Source of the DNA: an uncultured Nitrospiraceae bacterium | GTDB lineage: Bacteria; Nitrospirota; Thermodesulfovibrionia; Thermodesulfovibrionales; UBA6898 | NCBI GenBank assembly: GCA_963811165.1 | Contig: CAWEQH010000010.1 | Location: 640,001 to 704,000 of the forward strand | Direction of reading: 5' to 3' | Length of the DNA: 64,000 nucleotides | In this document: positions 19,626-30,028 of the stretch, piece by piece | Numbering within the stretch: position 1 is the stretch's first letter | Layout of the letters: each line of letters begins with the position of its first letter | Notes under the pieces: model-generated | Database searches by the model: none | What the model was told of the DNA's origin: nothing | The model's input: the letters and a program-made list of their open reading frames with translations, nothing else | Made by a program: the position numbers and the translations under genes

Positions 19626-20900
19626 TTGGAACTTTTTAAGACCCAAAGAAGGATTTCTCCCCTTGCGTGGCGAATGCAGCCTGAGGATTTCGATGATTTC
19701 CTCGGCCAGTCCCATCTGCTTGCCGTTCAGAAACCGCTCAGGAGACTCATAGAGGAAGACAAGATCGTCTCACTGATATTGTACGGTCCGCCCGGAACCG
19801 GGAAAACCGCTCTTGCCCATATCATCGCAAAAAAGACCAGGGCCGAATTCATCTCGATAAACGCCGTCACCGCCGGCATAAAGGAGATACGGGAGGCGGT
19901 CTCCTCGATAAGGTCTGAAAAAACGATACTCTTTGTAGACGAGATCCACCGCTTCAATAAGATACAACAAGACGCCCTCCTCCCCTATATCGAAACAGGC
20001 GAATTAACGCTTATCGGCGCATCTACCCAAAACCCCTTCTTTGCACTTGTCCCGGCACTTTCTTCGCGGTCCGTGATCTTTCAGTTCCGTCCGATACCTA
20101 AAGACGACCTGAAAAGGCTTGTGACAAGGGCACTTTCAGATGCGAAGGGGCTCGGCGACCATCACGCCTCCATTGAAGACGAGGCGATCGACTTTATCGC
20201 TTCCGTAAGTGAGGGTGATGCGAGAAGGGCGCTGAATATCCTTGAGCTCGCCTTCCTTTCGTCAGGCGGGAGAGAAGGCGGACGAGTCATAACCCTCGGT
20301 CATGTCAAAGAGGTCTTAGAGAACAAGACGCTCTACTATGACGAAGACGACCACTACGATACTATTTCCGCCTTCATAAAAAGCATGAGGGGGTCCGACC
20401 CCGACGCAACGGTCTACTGGATGGCAAAGATGATCGAATCAGGAGAAGACCCGCTCTTCATTGCAAGGAGAATCGTGATCTGCGCCTCGGAAGACGTCGG
20501 CAATGCAGACCCGCAGGCGCTCGTCGTTGCGGTCTCCGCCATGCACGCACTGGAGCGGATCGGAATGCCGGAAGGCAGAATCCCTCTGTCACAGGCGGCC
20601 ATCTACATCGCTACGGCCCCCAAGAGCAATGCCTCATATGCCGCGTTAGAAAAGGCGAGTGAGGAGATAAGGACCCAACCCGTGCAGCCTGTCCCCGACC
20701 ACCTTAAGGATTCCCACTATACCGGGGCAAAGCGGCTTGGCGCAGGAAAAGGATACCTGTACCCTCATAGCTTCGACGGACATTACATTACACAGGATTA
20801 TATGCGTATCCATAAATCTTTTTATACCCCTTCCTCGGAAGGATATGAAGAGGTCATTAAATCACGGCTGCAAAAAAGGAGGAGCACTACTGATGATTAA
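19626..20900 (+). CDS. rarA: Replication-associated recombination protein A (MgsA)
   Basis: [58 protein letters not shown]. Confidence 0.95.
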   Translation: MELFKTQRRISPLAWRMQPEDFDDFLGQSHLLAVQKPLRRLIEEDKIVSLILYGPPGTGKTALAHIIAKKTRAEFISINAVTAGIKEIREAVSSIRSEKTILFVDEIHRFNKIQQDALLPYIETGELTLIGASTQNPFFALVPALSSRSVIFQFRPIPKDDLKRLVTRALSDAKGLGDHHASIEDEAIDFIASVSEGDARRALNILELAFLSSGGREGGRVITLGHVKEVLENKTLYYDEDDHYDTISAFIKSMRGSDPDATVYWMAKMIESGEDPLFIARRIVICASEDVGNADPQALVVAVSAMHALERIGMPEGRIPLSQAAIYIATAPKSNASYAALEKASEEIRTQPVQPVPDHLKDSHYTGAKRLGAGKGYLYPHSFDGHYITQDYMRIHKSFYTPSSEGYEEVIKSRLQKRRSTTDD

Positions 20901-22455
20901 TATGGTTTATCTGCTTGCCTCTATCGGCGCTGGAATCGTGATCGGCCTGATCTTGAGTCTTTTTTACAGAAACGCCCTCAAGTCTCAGAGGGATTCCATC
21001 GATACCGAAAAAAGGAAGATAGTAGAGGTGGCACTCAAGGAGGCTGAATCAATCAAGAAAGAAGCGTCTCTGGAGGCCAAGGACATCGTCTACCAGTCAA
21101 AGACCGATGCTGAGAAAGAATTGCGGGAAAGACGTTCAGAACTGGGTCATCTTGAAAAGAGGCTCAGACAGAAAGAAGAGACGATCGAGAGAAAATTCGA
21201 TCAAGTAGACAAGCGTGAACACGAACTCTCCAAGCGGGAAAAAGAATATAACGGGAAAGAACGCGCGATCCAGGAAAAAGAGAACAAGTACAACACCCTT
21301 CTGAAGGATCAGACCATCGTCCTCGAAAGGATTTCAGGGTCCACCTCGGAAGAAGCCAAACAGGAACTCCTCAGGCGCACCGAAGAAGACAGCCGCTTTG
21401 AGATTGCAAAACTCGTCAAGAGGATCGAGGACGAGGCGAGGGAGGGTGCGGAGAAAAAGGCAAAGGAGATCATGGGCGCTGCGATACAGAGGTATGCCAG
21501 CGATTATGTTGCGGATGCCACCGTGACAGCGGTAAGTCTCCCCAACGATGAGATGAAAGGCAGGATCATCGGCAGGGAAGGAAGGAACATCAGGGCACTT
21601 GAGGCGGCCACAGGGGTGGACCTCATTGTGGACGATACGCCGGAGATGGTAACACTTTCGGCCTTCGACCCTGTCCGTCGGGAGATCGCGCGGCTGTCGC
21701 TTGAACGCCTGATAGCCGACGGGCGCATCCATCCGACGAGGATAGAAGAGATTGTTGAAAAGGTAAAAAGAGAAGTTGAGATCAATATCAGGGAAGAAGG
21801 TGAAAAGGCCGTCTTTGACCTCGGGCTTTCCGGCATCCATCCGGAGCTCGTGAAGACCTTGGGCAGGCTGAAATACAGGACTTCTTACGGTCAAAACGTG
21901 CTGCAGCACTCCCGCGAGGTGGCCTACTTCGCCGGGATGATGGCCGGAGAAATCGGCGTTGACGCCAAACTGGCCAAGAGGGCAGGCCTTCTCCATGATA
22001 TCGGAAAGGCCATCGACCACGAGATCGAGGGGACCCATCAGGAGATCGGCGCGAACCTCGCCAGGAAGCATAGTGAAAACAACAAAGTCGTAAATGCCAT
22101 CCTGGTACATCACGGCGAAGGCGACCCGATTACGGTCGAGGCCTCCCTTGTTGCGGCCGCGGACGCCCTTTCGGCAGCAAGACCCGGCGTGCGAAGGGAA
22201 AGTATCGAACACTATTTGAAGAGGCTCGAGGCGCTTGAAAAGATGGCTCTTTCTTTTAAGGGCGTCGATAAGTGTTACGCGATCCAGGCGGGAAGGGAGA
22301 TAAGGATCATCGTGAAACCGGAAGACATCAACGATGAGATGTCGTCCATGATCGCCAGGGACCTCTCTAAAAAAATCGAGGCCGAAATGTCTTATCCGGG
22401 CCAGATAAAGGTGACCGTCATAAGAGAAGCGAGATACGTTGAATACGCAAAATAA
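20893..22455 (+). CDS. rny: Ribonuclease Y
   Basis: N-terminal TM and coiled coil, KH motif [16 protein letters not shown] motif [17 protein letters not shown]; start at ATG 20893. Confidence 0.97.
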   Translation: MINMVYLLASIGAGIVIGLILSLFYRNALKSQRDSIDTEKRKIVEVALKEAESIKKEASLEAKDIVYQSKTDAEKELRERRSELGHLEKRLRQKEETIERKFDQVDKREHELSKREKEYNGKERAIQEKENKYNTLLKDQTIVLERISGSTSEEAKQELLRRTEEDSRFEIAKLVKRIEDEAREGAEKKAKEIMGAAIQRYASDYVADATVTAVSLPNDEMKGRIIGREGRNIRALEAATGVDLIVDDTPEMVTLSAFDPVRREIARLSLERLIADGRIHPTRIEEIVEKVKREVEINIREEGEKAVFDLGLSGIHPELVKTLGRLKYRTSYGQNVLQHSREVAYFAGMMAGEIGVDAKLAKRAGLLHDIGKAIDHEIEGTHQEIGANLARKHSENNKVVNAILVHHGEGDPITVEASLVAAADALSAARPGVRRESIEHYLKRLEALEKMALSFKGVDKCYAIQAGREIRIIVKPEDINDEMSSMIARDLSKKIEAEMSYPGQIKVTVIREARYVEYAK

Positions 22456-22492
22456 GAAAAAGGGGGAACATAGTCTGTCTATTGAATAAGTT

Positions 22493-22565
22493 TTTGTCAT
22501 CCTCGGGCTTGACCGGGGATCCAGAATATTGGAACATGGACCGCCGCTTTCGCGGGAATGACAAA
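22493..22565. repeat. REP-like nested palindrome (GTCAT...ATGAC family)
   Basis: TTTGTCATCCTCGGGCTTGACCGGGGATCCA...TGGACCGCCGCTTTCGCGGGAATGACAAA; related copies at 43298, 52305 and 61817. Confidence 0.75.
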
Positions 22566-22594
22566 TTTAGTTAATAGATAGATTCTACTAATGC

Positions 22595-23377
22595 ATGAAA
22601 GTCCTTTTTATCGGTGATATCGTCGGGAAAGGCGGCAGGACGGCCGTCAAGGCACTGCTGCCGAACCTCGTCGACAAATATAAAATCGATCTTGTCATCG
22701 CAAACGGCGAGAATATTGCCGCAGGATTCGGCCTCACGGAGTCGCTGGTCGAAGAGCTTTTCAAGACCGGGGTCCATATCGTAACTACGGGCAACCACGT
22801 CTGGGACAAGAAAGAATTCATTCATTATATATCCAAAGACAACAGGGTCCTGCGCCCCCTGAACTATCCGCCCGGCGTGCCCGGGAGCGGCAGCGTAGCC
22901 ATCACGCTCCAAAACGGGCTGAAGGTAGGGGTGATAAACATCTCGGGAAGGGTTTTTATGACCGGTATGGACTGCCCTTTCAGGACGGGCCAGGCTGAGA
23001 TCGAAAGAATTTCGAAGGAGACCGATATCATTATCATCGATTTCCACGCGGAGGCGACTTCGGAGAAAATCGCCTTCGGATATTTCGTCGACGGAAAGGT
23101 GAGCGCCGTGATCGGCACCCATACCCATGTGCAGACCGCTGATGAAAAGATCCTCCCCAACGGGACGGCATATATCACCGACGTAGGCATGACCGGCCCG
23201 GGCCATTCGGTTATCGGGATGGAGATCAACCAGATCATCCAGAGGTTCCTCACAAGCATGCCGGCCAGGTTCGAGACAGCCCAGGGCGATATCATCCTTT
23301 CTGCCGTTGCGATAGAGATCAACAGCAATACCGGCAGGGCCACGGGGATCCAGAGAGTCCAGATAACGTACCCGTAG
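22595..23377 (+). CDS. ymdB: YmdB/TIGR00282 family metallophosphoesterase
   Basis: FIGDIVG, NGEN, TGNH, DFHAEATSEK and GTHTHVQTAD motifs; follows rny. Confidence 0.93.
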   Translation: MKVLFIGDIVGKGGRTAVKALLPNLVDKYKIDLVIANGENIAAGFGLTESLVEELFKTGVHIVTTGNHVWDKKEFIHYISKDNRVLRPLNYPPGVPGSGSVAITLQNGLKVGVINISGRVFMTGMDCPFRTGQAEIERISKETDIIIIDFHAEATSEKIAFGYFVDGKVSAVIGTHTHVQTADEKILPNGTAYITDVGMTGPGHSVIGMEINQIIQRFLTSMPARFETAQGDIILSAVAIEINSNTGRATGIQRVQITYP

Positions 23378-23645
23378 CACTCCGTGGCTCCTCTGTATAA
23401 TCTCACTTCCCTACAACTTTAACTACTCTGCCTACTCGGCCTTTTATCGATAACATCGACTTAATGATGCTTTACTTAATGATACTTTCAGGAACCCGAA
23501 ACTCTATCGAGGTTACAACTGGAATAAAAGGGATTAAGAGATTTAATGATAAGTTCACAGTTTCTTCATTTGGCAACTATATACTTAATACTGATGGTTT
23601 TCTGCATCTTAGCAGAAAGAAAATTAGCAAAGAGAAAAAGGAGAG

Positions 23646-24227
23646 ATGAATCTTATGAAAAGGACTACTTTAGTATTAATGTTAACTTGTTTGCTTGCTT
23701 TTGCCGGCAGCGCTCAGGCTATGATGGGCAGCGGCGGCACTGGAACTACGACTGGTGGCACCACAACAACTACCGGCAGCACGGCAATGATGGGAACTTT
23801 TATGCAGATGCCGACAGCCCGGCAGATGTTTGATTATGGCTCCACAACTTCCCCGGTGATGGGGACAGACATTTCCACTGCAATGCCTATAGGTGTCGGT
23901 CCTGTTGCTATGGGCGGCAATATGATTACCATCCATACAGCGATCGGCCAGTTCTCAAATCCGATGGATGTGTACCTCACACTGTATGCACCAGCGGATA
24001 ATCCATTCAATATCTACATGATGCATCCGGACGGGACTATAAAACCTGTATCTGAGGGTATTGAGCCGTGGATGACAGGCGTCACTTCTATAGATCAGAC
24101 GCCAGTTAATAATATGCCTACTGCAGGGCTTCAAAAAGGAACATATACGGTTGGCCTTATGGCCACACCCTCGGGCGGGAATATGTCAACCTACTATATG
24201 TGGACGACACATTTTGTAGTTCAATAA
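23646..24227 (+). CDS. Secreted Met/Thr/Gly-rich hypothetical protein
   Basis: AGGAG RBS, signal peptide ending AQA, 22 Met in 193 aa, has its own terminator. Confidence 0.75.
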   Translation: MNLMKRTTLVLMLTCLLAFAGSAQAMMGSGGTGTTTGGTTTTTGSTAMMGTFMQMPTARQMFDYGSTTSPVMGTDISTAMPIGVGPVAMGGNMITIHTAIGQFSNPMDVYLTLYAPADNPFNIYMMHPDGTIKPVSEGIEPWMTGVTSIDQTPVNNMPTAGLQKGTYTVGLMATPSGGNMSTYYMWTTHFVVQ

Positions 24228-24247
24228 ACTCAGCGTAACAAATTTAC

Positions 24248-24287
24248 CAAAGGGTGCGGAGACTATTTCCGTGCCCTTTGTTTTTTC
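24248..24287 (+). terminator. Rho-independent terminator
   Basis: CAAAGGGTGCGGA-gactatt-TCCGTGCCCTTTG followed by T run. Confidence 0.7.
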
Positions 24288-24506
24288 CTTCCTCCCGTCC
24301 TTAAACGGAGTCAGTAGGTTCTTCCAATAGTGTTTTATTTCGGATGAAGTCCTTCCCGCTGTCACCATTTTAGTATGCGTGAAGCTGGATGAACGTATTT
24401 GGGGAGGCCGATAATTTCGGTATGAAAGTTGTCATTCACTGAGGAGGGGATCTGATTGCCCCTATCCTCCCTGGTCCTGTCTTTCCCCGTACTCCATATC
24501 GTACTT

Positions 24507-24863
24507 TTATGATTGCGAACGTTGATCGGACTTTCCTGTTATGTTCTCGATAAATTCTTTAATTGCAGTTCTCTGTTTGTTATCCAAATCATGGAATGCA
24601 GCGCCAATTCCGATTCCTTGTTGACAGTGCTTGACTAGCGCCTTCAATGTCACTTGTTCCCCTTTTAACGGGATGCTGATCTCAATCACACTATCCCGGC
24701 TGAAATACAGAAGCGTGTCAATAAACAGGCCTCCTTCACTTATATCCGTAATGGTACTTGACACTACGCCGCCCAACTGAACCTCTTTCATGAGAGAGAT
24801 TCTGTTATGTGCTCTGGTATTTTTTTTGGGCAAAGCGTCCATTGCATTAACTATGCTGTCCAA
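24507..24863 (-). CDS. PilZ domain protein
   Basis: RAHNR (RxxxR) and DISEGG (DxSxxG) motifs. Confidence 0.85.
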   Translation of the reverse strand: MDSIVNAMDALPKKNTRAHNRISLMKEVQLGGVVSSTITDISEGGLFIDTLLYFSRDSVIEISIPLKGEQVTLKALVKHCQQGIGIGAAFHDLDNKQRTAIKEFIENITGKSDQRSQS

Positions 24864-25065
24864 TCAGTATACAATATAACGCCCCTTACTAAAAGGGGGA
24901 TGATATCCGGCAGATTTTTTCCCCATATGAAAATCATCATAACATGTCGTCAGTTCTTGAAAAGATACAAACTGGCAACAACGATCCCCTCGAGTAACTG
25001 ATCGGGTTGGCGCCATGCGCTTGAATGAGATGTTCGGGAAGAAGGCAAGATTTGCCGGACCTTTG

Positions 25066-25506
25066 TCACTGACGACCGGGCCGCCACAAAACACTCACGC
25101 CTTGTCCGAGGATGCCTCCTAATGTATCGATTCCGACATCGAAAAGCGACGCCGTCCTTGCGGACACGAAGGATTGATGAAACTCGTCACCGGCCGCATA
25201 AAGCATAACAACTAACACGGAATAAAAAGCCCACCGCCGACCCAGCAATTCTTTTGAGTCGCTTCGAAAAGCGCGAAACAACAAAATGCCTAAAATGAAA
25301 TACTCAGTCACATGCCCAAATTTACGAATTACCCCGTGTATCAAAGCCGCCTTTTCCGGCGTAATGGATGGCATCAGAAAGCGGAGGATAGGTTCAATAA
25401 TCCGTGAAGTATTTTCCGAAGCGAATGTGTCGGTCGACATCCAATAGATAAAACTCATCCAAAGAAGAACCGGGACCCAATATTTTAAATTGCGAATAGG
25501 ACTCAT
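25066..25506 (-). CDS. VanZ-like membrane protein
   Basis: IRKFGHVTEYFILG, YAAGDEFHQSFVSARTASLFDVGID. Confidence 0.9.
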   Translation of the reverse strand: MSPIRNLKYWVPVLLWMSFIYWMSTDTFASENTSRIIEPILRFLMPSITPEKAALIHGVIRKFGHVTEYFILGILLFRAFRSDSKELLGRRWAFYSVLVVMLYAAGDEFHQSFVSARTASLFDVGIDTLGGILGQGVSVLWRPGRQ

Positions 25507-25701
25507 CTTTTATTGAAAAGATATTTATTTTCGTTTATTAGATGGAGCATATTACATTTTAGCAGATTCGACTCACGTGGGCTCAAAGGAAACTTTCTGG
25601 CCGGAGAATCCCGGCGGACTTCCCTGGTCCGGCATTAAAAATATTCCTTGCAAAAACGGGCTTCCCGCAGAAAATATATCTATAGATTCAAGGAGGAAAA
25701 A

Positions 25702-26664
25702 ATGAAGGCTATACGCATATATGAATTCGGGGACCCCGAGGTCATGAGGATTGAAGATGTCGAGGACCCTAAGGCAGGTCATGGGCAGCTGGTTGTCAGG
25801 GTCTACGCCGCGGGAGTCAATCCGGTCGACGCCTATATAAGGTCGGGGCTTTATGCATTCAAACCGGAATTGCCTTACACCCCCGGCATGGATGCGGCAG
25901 GCATCGTCGAAGCCGTCGGCGTCGGGGTGAGACTTTTTAAAATGGGAGACCGGGTCTATATTTCCGGGTCTGTCAGCGGTTCCTATGCCGAAAAGGCGCT
26001 CTGCAATGAGTCTCAGGTGCATCGTCTTACGGAAAGGGTCTCCTTCGCCGAGGGCGCCGCAGTCGGAATCCCTTACGCCGCCGCTTATCACGCCCTATTT
26101 CACCTCGGCCGGGCGACGCCCGGAGAGGTCGTGCTCGTGCATGGCGCAAGCGGGGGAGTCGGCATAGCGGCAGTGCAACTGTCCCGCGCTTTAGGAATGC
26201 ACGTCATAGGAACGGCAGGCACTGAGACTGGCCGTCTGCTCGCACGGGAACAGGGGGCACACCGCGTGTTCGACCATCGCTCATCGGGCTATCTGGAGAA
26301 AATAATGGAATCGACTGACAACAGGGGAGTTGATCTGATCGTCGAGATGCTTGCCAATGTAAACCTCGGAAATGATCTCAGAACACTGGCGCATCGCGGG
26401 CGGGTAATAGTCGTCGGCAGCAGGGGCAAGGTCGAGATCGATCCCAGAGATATAATGCGCCGCGACGCTTCGATTCTGGGTATGATGATATTGCATGCTA
26501 CCGAGGGCGAGCTCAACAGTATCCATGCCGCTATTTCCGCAGGGCTTGAAAACGCCACTCTGCGTCCCGTCGTCGGAAAGGAGCTGCCGCTTTCGGAGGT
26601 CGTCAGGGCGCACCGTGAGATCATGGAGACGGGCGCCCAAGGGAAAATCGTATTGGTCCCCTGA
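25702..26664 (+). CDS. qor: NADPH:quinone reductase (zeta-crystallin-like MDR)
   Basis: AAGGAGG RBS, MKAIRIYEFGDPEV, AGVNPVD, PGMDAAG, HGASGGVG, GKIVL. Confidence 0.88.
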   Translation: MKAIRIYEFGDPEVMRIEDVEDPKAGHGQLVVRVYAAGVNPVDAYIRSGLYAFKPELPYTPGMDAAGIVEAVGVGVRLFKMGDRVYISGSVSGSYAEKALCNESQVHRLTERVSFAEGAAVGIPYAAAYHALFHLGRATPGEVVLVHGASGGVGIAAVQLSRALGMHVIGTAGTETGRLLAREQGAHRVFDHRSSGYLEKIMESTDNRGVDLIVEMLANVNLGNDLRTLAHRGRVIVVGSRGKVEIDPRDIMRRDASILGMMILHATEGELNSIHAAISAGLENATLRPVVGKELPLSEVVRAHREIMETGAQGKIVLVP

Positions 26665-26685
26665 GTGATAAAACAGCAGTGCTAA

Positions 26686-26711
26686 GGGGACACCGGATAT
26701 CCGGTGTCCCC
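26686..26711. repeat. Perfect 26-bp palindrome between convergent genes (possible bidirectional terminator)
   Basis: GGGGACACCGGATATCCGGTGTCCCC. Confidence 0.7.
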
Positions 26712-26745
26712 GCATCTCGTGCAATTATATCGATGAACTTTTTCC

Positions 26746-28362
26746 CTATCTGGGTTCAAGGAAAAGCCTAAGATGGCCGCTCCTGGACGGATGTTTGAGC
26801 TTCCGTATGGCCTTTACCTCTATCTGCCGTATCCTCTCGCGCGTGACGTCGAATTCCTGGCCGAGTTCCTCGAGGGTCCGGGTGGAATCTTCACCTATGC
26901 CGAACCTCCTGCGCAGGATTTTCGCCTCCTTAGGACTAAGGCTATGGAGTACTGCTTCAATCTGCTTCTTAAGGTCGCGATGGATGGCCCTCTGCAAAGG
27001 AGAAGGTGTCGACTTGTCTTCGATGAGGTCTCCGAGATGGCTGTCCTCTTCTTCACCGATAGGCGTCTCCAGGGAGACCGGCTCTTTCGACACCTTCATT
27101 ATGGTTTTGACCTTCGCCAGAGGCATGTTGATCCTGACGGCGATCTCCTCCGGAAGGGGTTCGCAGCCGTGCTCCTGCACCAGCTCTCTGGTCACCCTCG
27201 ATACCCGGGCGATCACCTCGCCCATATGCACCGGTATCCTGATTGTTCTCGATTGGTCGGTAAGCGCCCTTGTGATCGTCTGTCTGACCCACCACGTAGC
27301 GTACGTACTGAACTTATAGCCCCTCTGATACTCGAACTTATCGACGGCCCTCATTAGCCCGATGTTCCCTTCCTGGATAAGATCGGAGAAGCTCAGCCCT
27401 TTGCCCATATATCTTTTGGCGATGCTGATGACGAGTCTCAGATTGGCCTCGACCATCGCCTGTTTCGCGTCGGATATCTCCTCCATACAAGCCGCAAAGA
27501 CCTTGACCACGTTTTTCATACTTGCATGGTCTATGCCCAGCGACCGCTCACATTCGGCTATCTTGTCCAGGTATTCACGATATATCTTTACCAGATGATG
27601 CTTCATATCCGCCTTGCACTGCTTTGACGAGAAGCGTACCGTGCCCTTTGCCGCGTTGTCACATACCGTATACCCTGCGGTCCTCAGCCTCCTGGCCAGG
27701 GAAACGAGTTCCTTGTTGGTGTCCTCTATCCTGCTTATCGCCCTTATCAGTTCCTCATAGAACGTCTGCATGAAACTTTCTTTCAGTCTCAGGCCTCCTA
27801 TCAGCGCAAGCATCTTGTCCCTGGCAGTATTGTTTTTGACTTCTGACAGGGCCTTTGTCTTTGCATTGTTTTTACCGTTATTTTGATTTTTCGACCTACG
27901 GTACAGCCCCCTGATCTCGTCCATTGCGGCCACAAACCGCCGGGTCTCATACATTACCGCATCTTCCGAGCTGCCGGCATTCTGTACAATATCATCAAGA
28001 GCCGTTTCCCCGTTCTTTACGGATTCGCAGATAGCGAGCAGCTTTTCAAGGGCAAAGGGCACCGAAAATATTATCATCATCAGCTTTCCCCGGCCCCTTT
28101 CTATTTTTTTTGCCATCTCTATCTCACCGTCCCTCGTCAGCAGAGGGATGGTTCCCATCTCTTTAAGATACATCTTTAAGGGCTCATAATCACTGTCGAT
28201 TACCGAATCCTGCTTTTCCTCGTCGATTCCGTTTTCATCTTCCTCTTCATTGGCCCATAGGACCTGGCTCTCCTCTTCCTTTTCTCCGTGCTCCATAACT
28301 TCAACGTCTTCCCTCTCAACGTAGTCTTCGGAATATTCAAGCACATCTATCATCTTACCCAT
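26746..28362 (-). CDS. RpoD-like sigma-70 factor lacking a clear region 1.1
   Basis: Region 1.2 [10 protein letters not shown], region 2 [38 protein letters not shown], region 4 [20 protein letters not shown]; start uncertain. Confidence 0.9.
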   Translation of the reverse strand: MGKMIDVLEYSEDYVEREDVEVMEHGEKEEESQVLWANEEEDENGIDEEKQDSVIDSDYEPLKMYLKEMGTIPLLTRDGEIEMAKKIERGRGKLMMIIFSVPFALEKLLAICESVKNGETALDDIVQNAGSSEDAVMYETRRFVAAMDEIRGLYRRSKNQNNGKNNAKTKALSEVKNNTARDKMLALIGGLRLKESFMQTFYEELIRAISRIEDTNKELVSLARRLRTAGYTVCDNAAKGTVRFSSKQCKADMKHHLVKIYREYLDKIAECERSLGIDHASMKNVVKVFAACMEEISDAKQAMVEANLRLVISIAKRYMGKGLSFSDLIQEGNIGLMRAVDKFEYQRGYKFSTYATWWVRQTITRALTDQSRTIRIPVHMGEVIARVSRVTRELVQEHGCEPLPEEIAVRINMPLAKVKTIMKVSKEPVSLETPIGEEEDSHLGDLIEDKSTPSPLQRAIHRDLKKQIEAVLHSLSPKEAKILRRRFGIGEDSTRTLEELGQEFDVTRERIRQIEVKAIRKLKHPSRSGHLRLFLEPR

Positions 28363-28597
28363 AATAAAATTCCCCTTTCCCGTATCCAGGATTTCTAAAA
28401 ATGCAGTTTGATGTTTCATGATAATGAAAGGAAATCACCAAAAATATCCGTATGAGTCTGTTTTTTTTGTAGGAATTTTAGACGAGTGCTTGTAAGTGTT
28501 TGTCCTACATTGCCGCTATCTCTTCGAAGATAATAGATAATTTGGACCTTTTCTCTCTTCTTTAATAATCGTGGAGATCCAAAAAAAAGTGGCCCGT

Positions 28598-30028
28598 TCA
28601 AATACTGGACATCGCAACGGTAATAATGCGTATCATCGTGGCAGGATAAATCCCAAGCCAAAATAAAATAAACGTGAGGACCGCGATTATCATACCGGCA
28701 GAAAAAGCCACGCGTGGCGGGGAAGGACATATTTTTTCTCCGCCCGCAATAAATTGGACGGCCACGATCCTCAGATAATAGTAAAGACCGGCTGCGCTGT
28801 TGACCGCAAGGACCACGACAAGCGCCCAAAGGGCGGAGCCTGCTCCTGCTGCCATAATATAATATTTGCCGAGAAAACCCGCCGTAAGGGGAATGCCGGC
28901 CAGAGAGAGAAGCATTACGGTAAATACCCCGGCAAGCCACGGATGCCTCCACGCAAGACCGTGATAATCCTCGATCGCGTCAGCATCTCTCTCTTTACCC
29001 GACATTGCCACAATGACCCCGAAGGCGCCGAGCATCGAGACGAAATAGGCCGGAAGATAATAGCTGACGGCCATTACCGACGCTTCCCGGCCGGCAAGGA
29101 AGGCAACGAGGAGATAGCCCTGATGCGCAACCGACGAATAGGCAAGGGTCCGCTTTATATTTTGCTGATAAAGGGCGAGCAGGTTGCCTACGGACATGGA
29201 CGCTGCCGAGATAATGCCGAAAAGAAGAATGAGGACAGGATAATTCCGGATATCCAAATATGTAAAGAAGCGCAGAAGTAAAACGAACATCGCTCCCTTC
29301 GAGACGGTTGCGATGAACGCAGTCACCGGCGCCGGCGCACCTTCATACACATCCGGAGTCCACATATGGAACGGAACGATGGCAAGTTTAAAACCGGCAC
29401 CCACAATGATCAGCACCAAACCGGCCAAGAGCATCGGATCATTCCCCGCCGCTTCGGCCTTCACGGCGATACGCGCAAACTCCATCGTTCCCAGACGGGC
29501 GTAGACAAGCGCCATACCGAAAAGCAGAAAAGACGCCGAGACAGCGGCCAGTATCAGATACTTGATGCCGGCCTCGTTTCCGCGTTCCCGCACTCTAAGA
29601 TACGCGATCAGGGAATAGAGAGAAACGCTCAATATCTCAAGACCGAGGAAAAAAGTGACAAAGCTTCCTGCGAAAACGAGCATTCCTGAACCCAGTGTTG
29701 CCAGGGAGAGCAGCAGATAGAACTCCTCGACATTCCCCTCCCGCCATTTCAGATAGCCATAAGAAAGGGAAGCAACGACAAAACTCGACAACAGGATCAA
29801 CCCCATAAAAAAAACCCCATAGCCGTCGACAATTACCAAAGCCGTTACAGAGTGCGGTATGAGGGGCGCGGCGATGAAAAGTGTGGCAAAGGCCGAGCCG
29901 AGTCCCGCAAGCGTAAGCAGTGCAGTCACCTTGTGGTTTCGGTAAAAAGCAATAATCAGCATCACCGCAATCGCCGTGGCCGCCAGGACTATGATCGGCG
30001 ACAGGGCCGCTATGTCTGTCTTGCTCAT
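28598..30028 (-). CDS. nuoN: NADH-quinone oxidoreductase subunit N
   Basis: EAGIKY, FKLAIVPFHMWTPDVYEGAP, LAYSSVAH; operon position. Confidence 0.95.
   Translation of the reverse strand: MSKTDIAALSPIIVLAATAIAVMLIIAFYRNHKVTALLTLAGLGSAFATLFIAAPLIPHSVTALVIVDGYGVFFMGLILLSSFVVASLSYGYLKWREGNVEEFYLLLSLATLGSGMLVFAGSFVTFFLGLEILSVSLYSLIAYLRVRERGNEAGIKYLILAAVSASFLLFGMALVYARLGTMEFARIAVKAEAAGNDPMLLAGLVLIIVGAGFKLAIVPFHMWTPDVYEGAPAPVTAFIATVSKGAMFVLLLRFFTYLDIRNYPVLILLFGIISAASMSVGNLLALYQQNIKRTLAYSSVAHQGYLLVAFLAGREASVMAVSYYLPAYFVSMLGAFGVIVAMSGKERDADAIEDYHGLAWRHPWLAGVFTVMLLSLAGIPLTAGFLGKYYIMAAGAGSALWALVVVLAVNSAAGLYYYLRIVAVQFIAGGEKICPSPPRVAFSAGMIIAVLTFILFWLGIYPATMIRIITVAMSSI

Noticed and set aside
21334..22500. 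388-aa antisense ORF over rny, and similar long antisense ORFs at 22571-23380, 37524-38408, 40555-41466, 46348-47679 and 53665-54438
   Set aside because: Shadow frames of well-conserved genes in GC-rich coding sequence; no motifs or RBS
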